This document shows positions 1 to 8,790 of a stretch of DNA of 18,841 bases, piece after piece. The notes beneath the pieces are model-generated. The model was not told the origin of the DNA. It saw only the letters and a list, made by a program, of their open reading frames with translations, and searched no databases. Each line of letters starts with the position of its first letter. The first letter of the stretch is position 1. The position numbers and the translations under genes are program-made. The stretch covers positions 1-18,841 of the forward strand of contig JBIIGV010000056.1 of NCBI GenBank assembly GCA_044236265.1, given 5' to 3'. This stretch comes from Oligoflexales bacterium (GTDB taxonomy: Bacteria > Bdellovibrionota_B > Oligoflexia > Oligoflexales > RGVZ01).

Positions 1-2
1 GT

Positions 3-695
3 CTTTTGTCTGCTGGAGTTTATTCCTGTGCAAATTCGGAATTTAGTGGCGACTCGGGCTCCAACTTTACAAAAAAGGTTCCTCCTCAAAAACAACCTCC
101 CGTTACTGGGACACCCCCAGGTGGTGCAAATCCTCCAACAGACAAACCTGAGTTAGTTGGCAGTGATGGCGGTACGGGGCTTCTCGTTGCAAAACAATGT
201 AATGCGACCACCCTTGTCCGAGCTTTTGGCGCCAAAAAGTGTCCAGAAAATTATGGCGTGTTTGGCATCGACGATCCCACTAGCGGGGTCACCTACGGTA
301 CTATGGCGTGTTGTCCGCTTCCAGCTAACGACATCTTGCAGGGAGCGGAAGTAGCTCGAAATGGCAGCTGTGGACCTAACGAAATTTTAATTGGTAACAA
401 CAACGGTCAGCTCACGTGTCGAGCGATTAATGTCGCCAAATATAAGTTAGTGCCTGCCAGTATTTGCTATTTTGGTGACGGAGCGAGTGGTCAGGGATCA
501 GCGCCGCGCTGCTCAACAAAGGGACAAGCCCCCGCTGCATTCACCCCAATTACCTCAGGTATGATGGGATCAGATGGTTGTCTAAACTTTCCTTGGGGAA
601 GTTTATCTGTCAGCCAGACAGGTAATAAGTGTAGTGATCAGTCTTCTAAGACTCTACTCAAAGCAGACGGCTCTGCAATTGAGATGTTTAAATAA
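3..695 (+). CDS. Cys-rich predicted lipoprotein, 5'-truncated by the window edge
   Basis: The frame is open from the window start (..LLSAGVYS-C) with a lipobox-like Cys at 27-29, then a Pro/Thr/Gly linker and a domain with 10 more Cys. Stop is TAA at 693-695, followed by a hairpin. The TTG at 6 is probably not the true start. Confidence 0.75.
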   Translation, partial: LLSAGVYSCANSEFSGDSGSNFTKKVPPQKQPPVTGTPPGGANPPTDKPELVGSDGGTGLLVAKQCNATTLVRAFGAKKCPENYGVFGIDDPTSGVTYGTMACCPLPANDILQGAEVARNGSCGPNEILIGNNNGQLTCRAINVAKYKLVPASICYFGDGASGQGSAPRCSTKGQAPAAFTPITSGMMGSDGCLNFPWGSLSVSQTGNKCSDQSSKTLLKADGSAIEMFK

Positions 696-704
696 TTCAG
701 AAAT

Positions 705-735
705 AGGGGCCACCTGATCCGGGATCGTGGCCCCT
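705..735. terminator. Probable bidirectional intrinsic terminator
   Basis: Perfect 9-bp stem AGGGGCCAC (705-713)/GTGGCCCCT (727-735) with an inner GATCC/GGATC repeat and AT-rich flanks, between convergent stop codons at 695 and 742. Confidence 0.7.
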
Positions 736-741
736 TAAAAT

Positions 742-1905
742 TTACTTTAAGTTTGCAAGATTTGCGGCCAACGCTGATGCCACATTGTAGTCAGCATATT
801 TCTTGCTCGCTATTGCTGACACCTGCTCGCGAATTAAATGACGATCTGCTTTGATCTCCAGCAAAGCCCGCTGCATAACTGTGAGCATGGCTGTCATGTT
901 TCCTTCGGGAAATATCCGCCGCTCATCGGCAATGACGAAAGGTATCTCTCCTGAGTTAGAGCCAATGACTAAACAGCCACAAGCCATCGCTTCGATGATG
1001 ACGCGGCCAAATTGTTCCTTCCAGTGGCTTGCCGTCAAACTCGGGACAATAAGGAGATCAAGAGAGCGATAAAAATCAGGCATTTTTTCGATTGCGACTG
1101 AGCCGAGAAAATTTGCATCAACGCCCACGTGTTTAAGCTGATCAACTTTTACAACAATTTCGTCACGCAGCTGGCCGCCGCCGGCAATGTCGAATGCGCA
1201 ATCTTGAATTGCTTCTGGATGCTTTAATAAAGCATCTAGAACCTGTGTGATTCCTTTTTCTGGAAGAAAACTTCCGGCGTAGCCAATCCTGACTTTTGCA
1301 TCATTAGACTTTGAAGCGGAGTAATATAAAGACTCATCAACCCACATCGGAAAGCGAATGCAACGCCCGCGATAGCCGTGCTTGCGCAAGACATCCTCGT
1401 GCTCTACGCCCGGTACAAAAATAGCATCACAGACTCTAAACATTAACGACTGAACAAGGCGGATTGGCCAGGGAAAGTGTTTGTAGATGTTCTGAAATGC
1501 GAACAGTAAAAACAATGGGCGCGAAGATCTGTTGAATGAGAAAAAACGTGCCATCACCAACGAGAGCCAGCCAAAAAATGCTGTGACAGCATAGGGTTCA
1601 GCAAAACACAGGAATAATTTTTTCTGAGCCGGTGTCTTTAGCCACTTAATTAACTGCGCGGATAGGCCTTGAAACCAAACGACCTGCGTGTGCCAGCGTT
1701 TTACGGGCAGTGTGATCAACGGAGGATTACGCTCGTCATTAGGCGCACATAATAGTTCCTGCATGCCTCCTTCGCGGAATTTTTCTGGTGCGATCATGGT
1801 GACGCGCCAGCCAGCGTGATTTTGCAGCTGCCGCCAGATGGTTCGATAGGGCGGAGCTACAAGGCTCTGCCATTGAACCAAAAAATCGACTCGAGGTTTT
1901 TCCAT
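742..1905 (-). CDS. Glycosyltransferase family 4 (GT-B fold)
   Basis: Motifs IGYAGSFLPEKG, DLLIVPS, WKEQFGRVIIEAMACG (E-x7-E) and SNSGEIP. Start uncertain: ATG 1905 chosen, ATG 1926 possible, ORF track begins at 1959. Confidence 0.9.
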   Translation of the reverse strand: MEKPRVDFLVQWQSLVAPPYRTIWRQLQNHAGWRVTMIAPEKFREGGMQELLCAPNDERNPPLITLPVKRWHTQVVWFQGLSAQLIKWLKTPAQKKLFLCFAEPYAVTAFFGWLSLVMARFFSFNRSSRPLFLLFAFQNIYKHFPWPIRLVQSLMFRVCDAIFVPGVEHEDVLRKHGYRGRCIRFPMWVDESLYYSASKSNDAKVRIGYAGSFLPEKGITQVLDALLKHPEAIQDCAFDIAGGGQLRDEIVVKVDQLKHVGVDANFLGSVAIEKMPDFYRSLDLLIVPSLTASHWKEQFGRVIIEAMACGCLVIGSNSGEIPFVIADERRIFPEGNMTAMLTVMQRALLEIKADRHLIREQVSAIASKKYADYNVASALAANLANLK

Positions 1906-1992
1906 AAAAAATGACTCTTTGCTCATCAGGCATCTATATGAGGCGGGATTGTAGCGCAAAAATTTGGGTGAAGCACTGGCTTATCCAGCTCG

Positions 1993-3084
1993 TTAAAATA
2001 AATCCCGCTCCTGCGGTAGCTCATCCGCTTTCGGGGTTTCTTCCAGGGCGACGGTGGCATGCAGGTAGCCTTTACCACGACGGTAAATCTTTAACTTTAC
2101 CTTGCCGTTGGGTTGCTTGGTGCCTAGTAGTCTTTGGAATTGATTGAGATCGGTAATTTTTTTGTCGTCTGCATTGAGTATGATATCGCCAATTCTGATG
2201 CCTGCACGGTGAGCCGGTGCATCAACCACAAGATTTGAGACGATGATGCCATGGACGCCGCCATCGCCAGCCCGACCTGATTCGATTTCGTCTGCAGATA
2301 ATATATTTTTCCCGACCATACCGAGCCAGGGGCGTTTGGGCTTTCCATAGGCTACAAGGTCCTTCGAGATTTGTTTTGCGATGTTGATAGGAATGGCAAA
2401 CCCGATTCCCGAGCCCTCGCTGCTGACGGCGGTATTGATACCGATCACGCGTCCGCGAATATCCAGAAGTGGGCCGCCGCTATTGCCTGGGTGAATGGAG
2501 GCATCTGTTTGCAAAAAGTTGTCGTAAGGGCCTGTTCCAATGACTCGTCCTTTGGCCGAGATAATTCCCGAGGTCACTGTGTGTGAATAACCAAAAGGAT
2601 TTCCAATGGCGATTACGGCATCACCCACGCGCAAGGCATCACTATCGCCAAGATCAAGGGGCGTCACGGATACATTACCATCCATTTTTAGCAGGGCTAG
2701 GTCTGTCTTTGGGTCAACGCCCAGCACTTTGGCGCGAAGTTTTTGCTTGTTCTTAGCCAGCAATATTTCAATGACACTGGCGTTTTCAATGACGTGTGCG
2801 TTGGTAAGAACGTGTCCTTGTTTGTTGATGATGACACCACTACCAACGGCGTGCGTTGACTGATTCTGTGGCGGCCTTCCGTTCAAAAAAAATTGATAGA
2901 GATCCAGAGCTGGATCCTTGTTTGGGACATACTGCGTAGTCCGAATGTTAACAACACCTGGTATGGATTGCTCTGCGATATCAGCCACTGAGATCAAGCT
3001 TCGCGCGTAAGAAATGTTTGAACGGGGCAATAGATTGATGATGGCCGTAATGGCTAATAACCATGTTGTTCGAACTTGCCGCAT
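1993..3084 (-). CDS. htrA: HtrA/DegP/DegQ-family trypsin-like serine protease with one PDZ domain
   Basis: Catalytic triad motifs LTNAHV, TDLALL and PGNSGGPL; GSGVII; GIGFAIP; PDZ with PAHRAGIRIGDIIL; hydrophobic N-terminus. ATG 3084 follows an AGGA; the ORF track extends to 3123. Confidence 0.93.
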   Translation of the reverse strand: MRQVRTTWLLAITAIINLLPRSNISYARSLISVADIAEQSIPGVVNIRTTQYVPNKDPALDLYQFFLNGRPPQNQSTHAVGSGVIINKQGHVLTNAHVIENASVIEILLAKNKQKLRAKVLGVDPKTDLALLKMDGNVSVTPLDLGDSDALRVGDAVIAIGNPFGYSHTVTSGIISAKGRVIGTGPYDNFLQTDASIHPGNSGGPLLDIRGRVIGINTAVSSEGSGIGFAIPINIAKQISKDLVAYGKPKRPWLGMVGKNILSADEIESGRAGDGGVHGIIVSNLVVDAPAHRAGIRIGDIILNADDKKITDLNQFQRLLGTKQPNGKVKLKIYRRGKGYLHATVALEETPKADELPQERDLF

Positions 3085-3168
3085 GATGACTGTCCTGCCT
3101 TGCACAAGAGTGTGATGACTCACTCTTCAATTTTAAAAGGCCGGAAACTTCGCAGAAATGGGCACAGT

Positions 3169-3879
3169 CTACCTAACGGGGGGGCGACCTTGAATGAGCA
3201 GCAACCGTGGCTGACTGGTGCCAGCCGAGGTGTCTTGCAATACTTTGGATGTAGCGTCAGCTAAGGTGACAGGGGTTCTGCTTTTGATGGGTGTACCATC
3301 CAAGGTCCATCGGCCAAAGGGCAGGATGGTCTCGGCATTTGGAAGCAACTCCCTCACGATAATGGGGGCGTCGCCACTCGCTAAAAGCATGTGCAGACTG
3401 GAGTCGGACGCGCTGTGAATCTTGTAAAGGCTGCCGCAAGAGACTTTTTCGGATTGCATGGGATAATCATCACGACGGCGCAAGACTTGTACGGATGGTA
3501 CGATGCCGTGAGCCAGGGCGCTGGGCTTACTGATTCGAACCATTACGGCGTCAACCGTGGGCAGGCAGTGATCCGCTTGATAAGTCCTCAAAAAATGCCG
3601 GCAAACTGCCTCTACGGCGGTCTCAATTAGCTGAAACTCGCAGTACTCAAGGATAAAAGCAATTTCTTTGACGGCGCCGCCGTAATCAATGGTGTCATGA
3701 ATGTTGGCGCTCTCGGCAGCCCGCCTGGTGTCGAGATAGAGGCACATATCGACGGTTACCGGCTGCTTGCGGGTTCGCTCTGATGGGTAAATGCCAATGA
3801 CACAGCTCATCAGCATGCCTGTCAGCTGTACCTGATCAAACGGGCGTCCGTCAGGGTTTGTAAGGCTTGGAAATAACAT
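3169..3879 (-). CDS. folB: Dihydroneopterin aldolase with ~100-aa C-terminal extension
   Basis: FolB motifs IGIYPSER..KQPVTVD, DTIDYG, FQLIE and VRISKP (conserved E, Y, E, K). SD GAGGTG lies 6 nt before ATG 3879. Confidence 0.88.
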   Translation of the reverse strand: MLFPSLTNPDGRPFDQVQLTGMLMSCVIGIYPSERTRKQPVTVDMCLYLDTRRAAESANIHDTIDYGGAVKEIAFILEYCEFQLIETAVEAVCRHFLRTYQADHCLPTVDAVMVRISKPSALAHGIVPSVQVLRRRDDYPMQSEKVSCGSLYKIHSASDSSLHMLLASGDAPIIVRELLPNAETILPFGRWTLDGTPIKSRTPVTLADATSKVLQDTSAGTSQPRLLLIQGRPPVR

Positions 3880-4019
3880 CGGAGTCACCTCAAGTAGGTG
3901 CCCCTTATACGATGACCCGCCTTACCCGTAAAGGGCAAAATCAAGGCAGGAGTGCCCTTGTTGAGAGGTCTAACACCCTGAAATTCTTGATGGGAAACTA
4001 GTAGTTCCATAGCGGGTGG

Positions 4020-4028
4020 TGATAGAAT
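4020..4028 (+). promoter_or_regulatory. Candidate extended -10 promoter element for the PBP gene
   Basis: TGaTAGAAT (TGn plus 5/6 match to TATAAT) about 35 nt before ATG 4063. No convincing -35. Confidence 0.35.
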
Positions 4029-4062
4029 GTAAGTGCAATGTTGGGTACATGTTGGAGTGGCT

Positions 4063-7000
4063 ATGCGCATTTTTGAAAACAAATTCTTAAATGTTTCTGC
4101 GTGGACGGCCATCACGGGTGTGGTGGGGGCCATTGGTGGTGGTCTGGGCGTTACGTCAGTCATTTTGTTCAGTGTTTGGTTTGGCGATGATTCGCACCTT
4201 AAGAAGACCACTATTATGGCGCGCATCAATGAGGAAACGACGGTTTACTGTCTCGATGAGTCAACTCCCATCGGTAGCTTTTTCAGTAACGAGCACCGGC
4301 GCTATGTCAGTATCGAAGAAATTCCTAAGCACATGGTGAATGCACTTGTGGCCGCAGAGGATAAAAACTTTTTCTCCCACGGAGGAGTTGATCCACAGGC
4401 AATTTTCAAAGCCATTGCTGAAGGCTTAAAGACCGGAAAGTTCCGCGGAGGGTCAACACTGACCCAGCAGACTGTCAAAAATATTATGGACGACTGGGAA
4501 TACTCGCTGCGTCGTAAAATTAATGAGGCGATTGCAGCGCTGCAGCTGGAAAAGCTGTATAGCAAGCAGCAAATTCTTGAGTTTTATTTGAACCAATTTC
4601 ACGTCTCGGGTAACGGTTCCGGAATCGGCATTGCAGCGAAGTACTACTTCAATAAGGAAGTTGCAGATTTGGATGTCGTAGAGTCGGCCTTTATTGCGGG
4701 TAGCGTGAAGGGCCCATCCAAGTACGACCCGTACTTGAAATATACGAAAGAGCGCCGTGAACAAGCGGTTCGGGACGCTTTCGATCGAAAAAACTACGTG
4801 TTAAAGCGCATGTATGAGCAAGGATGGTTATCGCAAGAAGAATTCAAAGAGGCCTTTGAAAGACCCGTTCCATTTAATCGCGGAAGCTTTCGCTCAAGCG
4901 AGGTGGCGCTGGTTAGTTTGATTCGCAACCAGGTGAGCCAGAAGGAAGTGATGGACATCCTGGGCATTGAAACGGTGGATGAACTTAATAATGCAGGTCT
5001 CAAAATTTTTACGACCATCGATTGCAAGTTGCAGGAGCGTGCGCAGCTTGGCATGCGGCGTAACCTGAGTCGACTGGAAACGATTCTAGCTGGATTTCAG
5101 CCGGAAAAGGCAGAGAACTTCAGGCGTCTGCGTGATCTCGAGGTCAACCAGTTCTACTACGGGAAGGTCGAAGAGATCAAAGGAAACGAAAAGAAAGACG
5201 CGCATCTGAAAGTGTCCTTCGGATTGAGCTCCGGTATTGTGCCTTACGAGGCTCTGGTTCGTTATGCGAAGTTGTTGGATTTGCCATTGCAGCAAGGGCA
5301 TGAAGTTCAGCTCAAAAAATTACTTCAAACTATCAAGCGCGACGATGTGATCTTTGTTGAGGTCAAAGAATACGACAAGGATAAGCACGAAGCGATCCTT
5401 GAGCTGCAAAAAACGCCAAAGGTCAATGGTGGATTAGTTGCTTTGGACAAAGGGGAAGTTCGGGTCGCCGTTAGCGGGTTTGACACTATTGGGTTTAACC
5501 GAGCCGTATTTGCTCGTCGTCAGCCGGGATCCGTATTTAAGTCAGTTGTTTACTATGCAGCGATGCAGCTTGGTTGGAATATATTGGATATCGTCGACAA
5601 CGAGCGTCAAATTTTCCCGTATCAGGCTAGATTTTATTTCCCTCGTCCTGATCATATCAGCCCCTACCGAAGTGCCAGTATGGTGTGGTCCGGCACGACG
5701 TCGGAAAACTTGGCATCTGTTGCCTTGGCCAATCGCCTTGTCGATAAGCTGAATTTGGAGCAATTCAAAGACTTGATGGCGCAGATGGACCTTGCTCCAA
5801 AGCCTGGAGAAAGTGCCCCCGATTTTCACTTTCGTGTTGCCAAGGCTACTGGAGTTCAGCTGGACAACGATGGCGTGAAGGAGTTCCAACTCAAGCGAGC
5901 TATTGAAGACGTCACGCCTGATCTCGTCTTTAAAGGCGGTAACGATGTGATCCGCGCCCTCGAAAAAATGTGGTGGGGTAAAGGCTACATTGGCGAGCTG
6001 CAAGCATTGCATTCACGTCAGGGCACTGCAGATATGCCGCCTTTAGAGAATGCGCTTCGCATCAATCTCGTGAAAAACAATTTTTTACGTATGAAAACTC
6101 TGTCTTCAATGGCAGAGGCGGATTTTGACGCGATCGCTGCTAGGGTGCAGTCAAAAGGGCCTGAGGGTGCGCTGGCAGATCCGACTCTGAAAGCAGCATG
6201 GTCCAATTTCCGGGTTTTGCCAACTCAAGGTAGTAAGCCAGCTTTGGGATACCTGCCAGTTCTGGAGGGTGAACGTCCCAAGATTGTCACCGAGCGATTT
6301 GATTACATCGAAAAATTGGCCACCATTCAAGGTCGGGCTCTCAATGCGCTTGATGTGGAGGCTATTTGGTTAAATGAAATGGTTCAGAAGGGCGAAATCC
6401 GCTTGAATGGGACGCTCCCAGCTGCAGATTTCACAAGACTTGAGAAGAGTGTCGAGGATCATTTTCAGTCTGTCATGAACGCAGCGACACCATATGATCT
6501 CAATCGATATTTTGAACATCATGACTTCCGCATAGCCCTTGGCCTAAACTACTTGACGGAGATGGTTAAGGCGATGGGCGTCATGAGCAAAGTGGATCCC
6601 GTCCAGTCATTTCCTCTTGGGACAAATGACGTTACCGCGGCTGAAGTTGCAAAGATTTATCAGACTTTTGTTGAAGGTAAAATTTACCGTTTCTATGAGA
6701 ATGGTCCGCCGAATCAGATCAATTTCATTCGCCGTATCGAAGATCGTCACGGTGAGGTGGTCTTTGAACCAAAGCGCCGCGAAGCGATGGTTTCCATTCC
6801 AGAGTATTCGGATCAAATGCGGGAAATTTTGAAACGTGTTGTCACTCACGGTACTGGTCGTCGTGCGCGCGGCGAGCTTTACGTAGATTTGGCAGCTCCA
6901 GTTGATCCTCAAGCTAAAGGTCCTGTGAAGTCTTCGGAATCTACCAAAGTTCGCGTTCAGGCCTTTGGGAAAACAGGGACCACAAACGATTATACAAATG

Positions 7001-7797
7001 CTTATTTCGCGGGGTTCTTTCCGGTGCCTCCCGCCAAGGGTGCTCCCCTTGATTTCAGCCATTACCATTCGATCGCGTCGTATGTCGGCTACGATTTGAA
7101 CAAGATGATGCGTCGCGGGGCAATCAAGGTGTCGGGTGCCATAGGGGCGCTGCCGGCTTGGATTGAGTACGCCAAGGGAATGATTGATATCATGAAATAT
7201 CGTGATCAACTGGATGAATTGGATATCAATGTCGTCAAGCGAGGCGAGTGGCCGATGAAATACGACAATAAAACAGCAGCACTCAACGTCGATTTGCCGC
7301 GAGGAATTATCTTCTCTGGTAATGAGAACGGCGATGAAGTGTTCGCCACCACCAACATCGATAAAACTGGAGAATCTTTTGAAAATGAATTTGCGGTGGG
7401 CAACACGGTGCGCGGCATCATCAGGGTTCCGGGAGATGGTAAGGGCGGAGTTGCCCGTCTCTATAGCCCATTTAACTTCAAGGCTGAGCTGAAGGATTCA
7501 GCTTTGCCCGCAGCTCCTACGAAAGTTGAGGTCTCCGACAAGGCCAACGTTTCGCAGGATCAGGGCGAAGGACCAGCCAATGCGCAGCTTCTTCCTGGGC
7601 TTAAGCCTAACGAGCTTTCCAAACAGTCAGATGATGTTCTTGACGATGAAGGGCGCGTTATTAAAGGCGAAGATAATGAATCAAAAACAGGTCGGGCCGC
7701 CAACGGGGCTTCCGATGAGGGCGCACGCGATGGCGGTGGTCAAATGAAAACAGATACTGATGGCCAAGGGAAGGCTGATAACGGCGACTTGTGGTAG
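4063..7797 (+). CDS. mrcA: Bifunctional class A penicillin-binding protein (PBP1A-like transglycosylase/transpeptidase) with large insertion
   Basis: N-terminal TM helix. GT51 motifs AEDKNFFSHGGVD, GGSTLTQQTVKN, RKINE and KQQILEFYLN. Transpeptidase motifs SVFK (5530-5541), SEN (5701-5709) and KTG (6970-6978). GGAG precedes ATG 4063. The family is secure; the symbol is approximate. Confidence 0.92.
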   Translation: MRIFENKFLNVSAWTAITGVVGAIGGGLGVTSVILFSVWFGDDSHLKKTTIMARINEETTVYCLDESTPIGSFFSNEHRRYVSIEEIPKHMVNALVAAEDKNFFSHGGVDPQAIFKAIAEGLKTGKFRGGSTLTQQTVKNIMDDWEYSLRRKINEAIAALQLEKLYSKQQILEFYLNQFHVSGNGSGIGIAAKYYFNKEVADLDVVESAFIAGSVKGPSKYDPYLKYTKERREQAVRDAFDRKNYVLKRMYEQGWLSQEEFKEAFERPVPFNRGSFRSSEVALVSLIRNQVSQKEVMDILGIETVDELNNAGLKIFTTIDCKLQERAQLGMRRNLSRLETILAGFQPEKAENFRRLRDLEVNQFYYGKVEEIKGNEKKDAHLKVSFGLSSGIVPYEALVRYAKLLDLPLQQGHEVQLKKLLQTIKRDDVIFVEVKEYDKDKHEAILELQKTPKVNGGLVALDKGEVRVAVSGFDTIGFNRAVFARRQPGSVFKSVVYYAAMQLGWNILDIVDNERQIFPYQARFYFPRPDHISPYRSASMVWSGTTSENLASVALANRLVDKLNLEQFKDLMAQMDLAPKPGESAPDFHFRVAKATGVQLDNDGVKEFQLKRAIEDVTPDLVFKGGNDVIRALEKMWWGKGYIGELQALHSRQGTADMPPLENALRINLVKNNFLRMKTLSSMAEADFDAIAARVQSKGPEGALADPTLKAAWSNFRVLPTQGSKPALGYLPVLEGERPKIVTERFDYIEKLATIQGRALNALDVEAIWLNEMVQKGEIRLNGTLPAADFTRLEKSVEDHFQSVMNAATPYDLNRYFEHHDFRIALGLNYLTEMVKAMGVMSKVDPVQSFPLGTNDVTAAEVAKIYQTFVEGKIYRFYENGPPNQINFIRRIEDRHGEVVFEPKRREAMVSIPEYSDQMREILKRVVTHGTGRRARGELYVDLAAPVDPQAKGPVKSSESTKVRVQAFGKTGTTNDYTNAYFAGFFPVPPAKGAPLDFSHYHSIASYVGYDLNKMMRRGAIKVSGAIGALPAWIEYAKGMIDIMKYRDQLDELDINVVKRGEWPMKYDNKTAALNVDLPRGIIFSGNENGDEVFATTNIDKTGESFENEFAVGNTVRGIIRVPGDGKGGVARLYSPFNFKAELKDSALPAAPTKVEVSDKANVSQDQGEGPANAQLLPGLKPNELSKQSDDVLDDEGRVIKGEDNESKTGRAANGASDEGARDGGGQMKTDTDGQGKADNGDLW

Positions 7798-7876
7798 GTG
7801 ATGCCGTCAAAACTCTTGTGCGAAAGGTGTTTTTCTGACAAAAACGGGGCTCTAAACTTCAGCTAGGAGAGAGCCC

Positions 7877-8413
7877 ATGACTCAGGATCTCGTTCGTTTA
7901 AAGTCTCTGGTCCGAACGATTCCACATTTTCCGAAACAAGGAATCATGTTTCGGGATGTCAGCAGTTTAATCCTTGATCCATGGGGCCTAAAAAAGTCTG
8001 TTGAATTGCTAGCTGAACGTGCCTTCAAACTCAAACCCCAGAAAATCGTTGCGATTGAGTCGCGGGGATTTATTTTCGGTGCTGCTGTCGCGGAACGCCT
8101 TGGCTGCGGAATGGTTTTAGCCCGCAAAAAAGGCAAACTTCCCGGAGCAACCGTAGAGATCGAGTATGATCTTGAATATGGTAAAGACTGCATTCAAATT
8201 CATAATGACGCCATCGTGCCTTCTGAGCGGTGTCTGATTATCGATGATCTTTTAGCAACTGGTGGCACTGCTGGTGCAGTGGCGGCTCTTGTCGAAAAGA
8301 TGGGTGGTCACGTTGTGGGTTGTCATTTTGTGGTGAACCTCCCGGAGCTCCAAGGTGCTGCGCGTCTTGCGCGCTATGATCTCAGCTGGCTCATGGAATT
8401 CGAAGGCCACTAA
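7877..8413 (+). CDS. apt: Adenine phosphoribosyltransferase
   Basis: IPHFPKQGIMFRD, IESRGFIFG, ARKKGKLPG, YDLEYG and the PRPP-binding loop IIDDLLATGGT. SD AGGAG. Confidence 0.97.
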   Translation: MTQDLVRLKSLVRTIPHFPKQGIMFRDVSSLILDPWGLKKSVELLAERAFKLKPQKIVAIESRGFIFGAAVAERLGCGMVLARKKGKLPGATVEIEYDLEYGKDCIQIHNDAIVPSERCLIIDDLLATGGTAGAVAALVEKMGGHVVGCHFVVNLPELQGAARLARYDLSWLMEFEGH

Positions 8414-8438
8414 TCAAAAATATTTAGTTATTTGCTTG

Positions 8439-8774
8439 CTAAAACTTATCATCAGGTCGGACAGGCAGGTCATCAACTGGCACACCAGGGGTTGGGCCGC
8501 CAGGTTTTGACCCTGACGGTGGAGATTGGAACTCCGAATTCGGTATCTTCTTTTTTCTAATATCCTTGTTTTTGCGCTTTTTTCGCGGTGATTTGCTGCT
8601 TTTTGTGCCATTCAAGCAAGCGCCGCCAAGTTGGTTCTCCGCAGTGCAATCTTTTGGTGTTGTAACGTTCGGGTTCTGTGCATAAAGTTCACCAATGCCG
8701 CTTTGAGCAAGCATCATCATGACGCCTGTTGCCATGGTAAAAACTCTCAATTTCAGATAGCGGCTTTTTTGCAT
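8439..8774 (-). CDS. Small hypothetical, possibly secreted protein
   Basis: Signal-peptide-like N-terminus (..GELYA-QN), a Cys pair, a Lys/Arg-rich run and a Pro-rich tail. It fills the apt-mscS gap. Start uncertain (ATG 8774 or 8735). Confidence 0.5.
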   Translation of the reverse strand: MQKSRYLKLRVFTMATGVMMMLAQSGIGELYAQNPNVTTPKDCTAENQLGGACLNGTKSSKSPRKKRKNKDIRKKKIPNSEFQSPPSGSKPGGPTPGVPVDDLPVRPDDKF

Positions 8775-8790
8775 GAGGTGAATCCTGTTC

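Noticed and set aside
3930..4020. GGGCAAA...GGTCTAA recalls a c-di-GMP-I riboswitch
   Set aside because: The GNRA-capped stem and the GACGCAAA junction are absent.
5740..6537. PBP insertion as an intein or mobile intron
   Set aside because: No splice-junction residues or homing-endonuclease motifs are present, and the frame is continuous.
3885..7421. Minus-strand ORFs overlapping the PBP gene (e.g. 3885..4229, 5542..6012, 6607..7209)
   Set aside because: They are antisense to a motif-complete gene and show no recognisable features.
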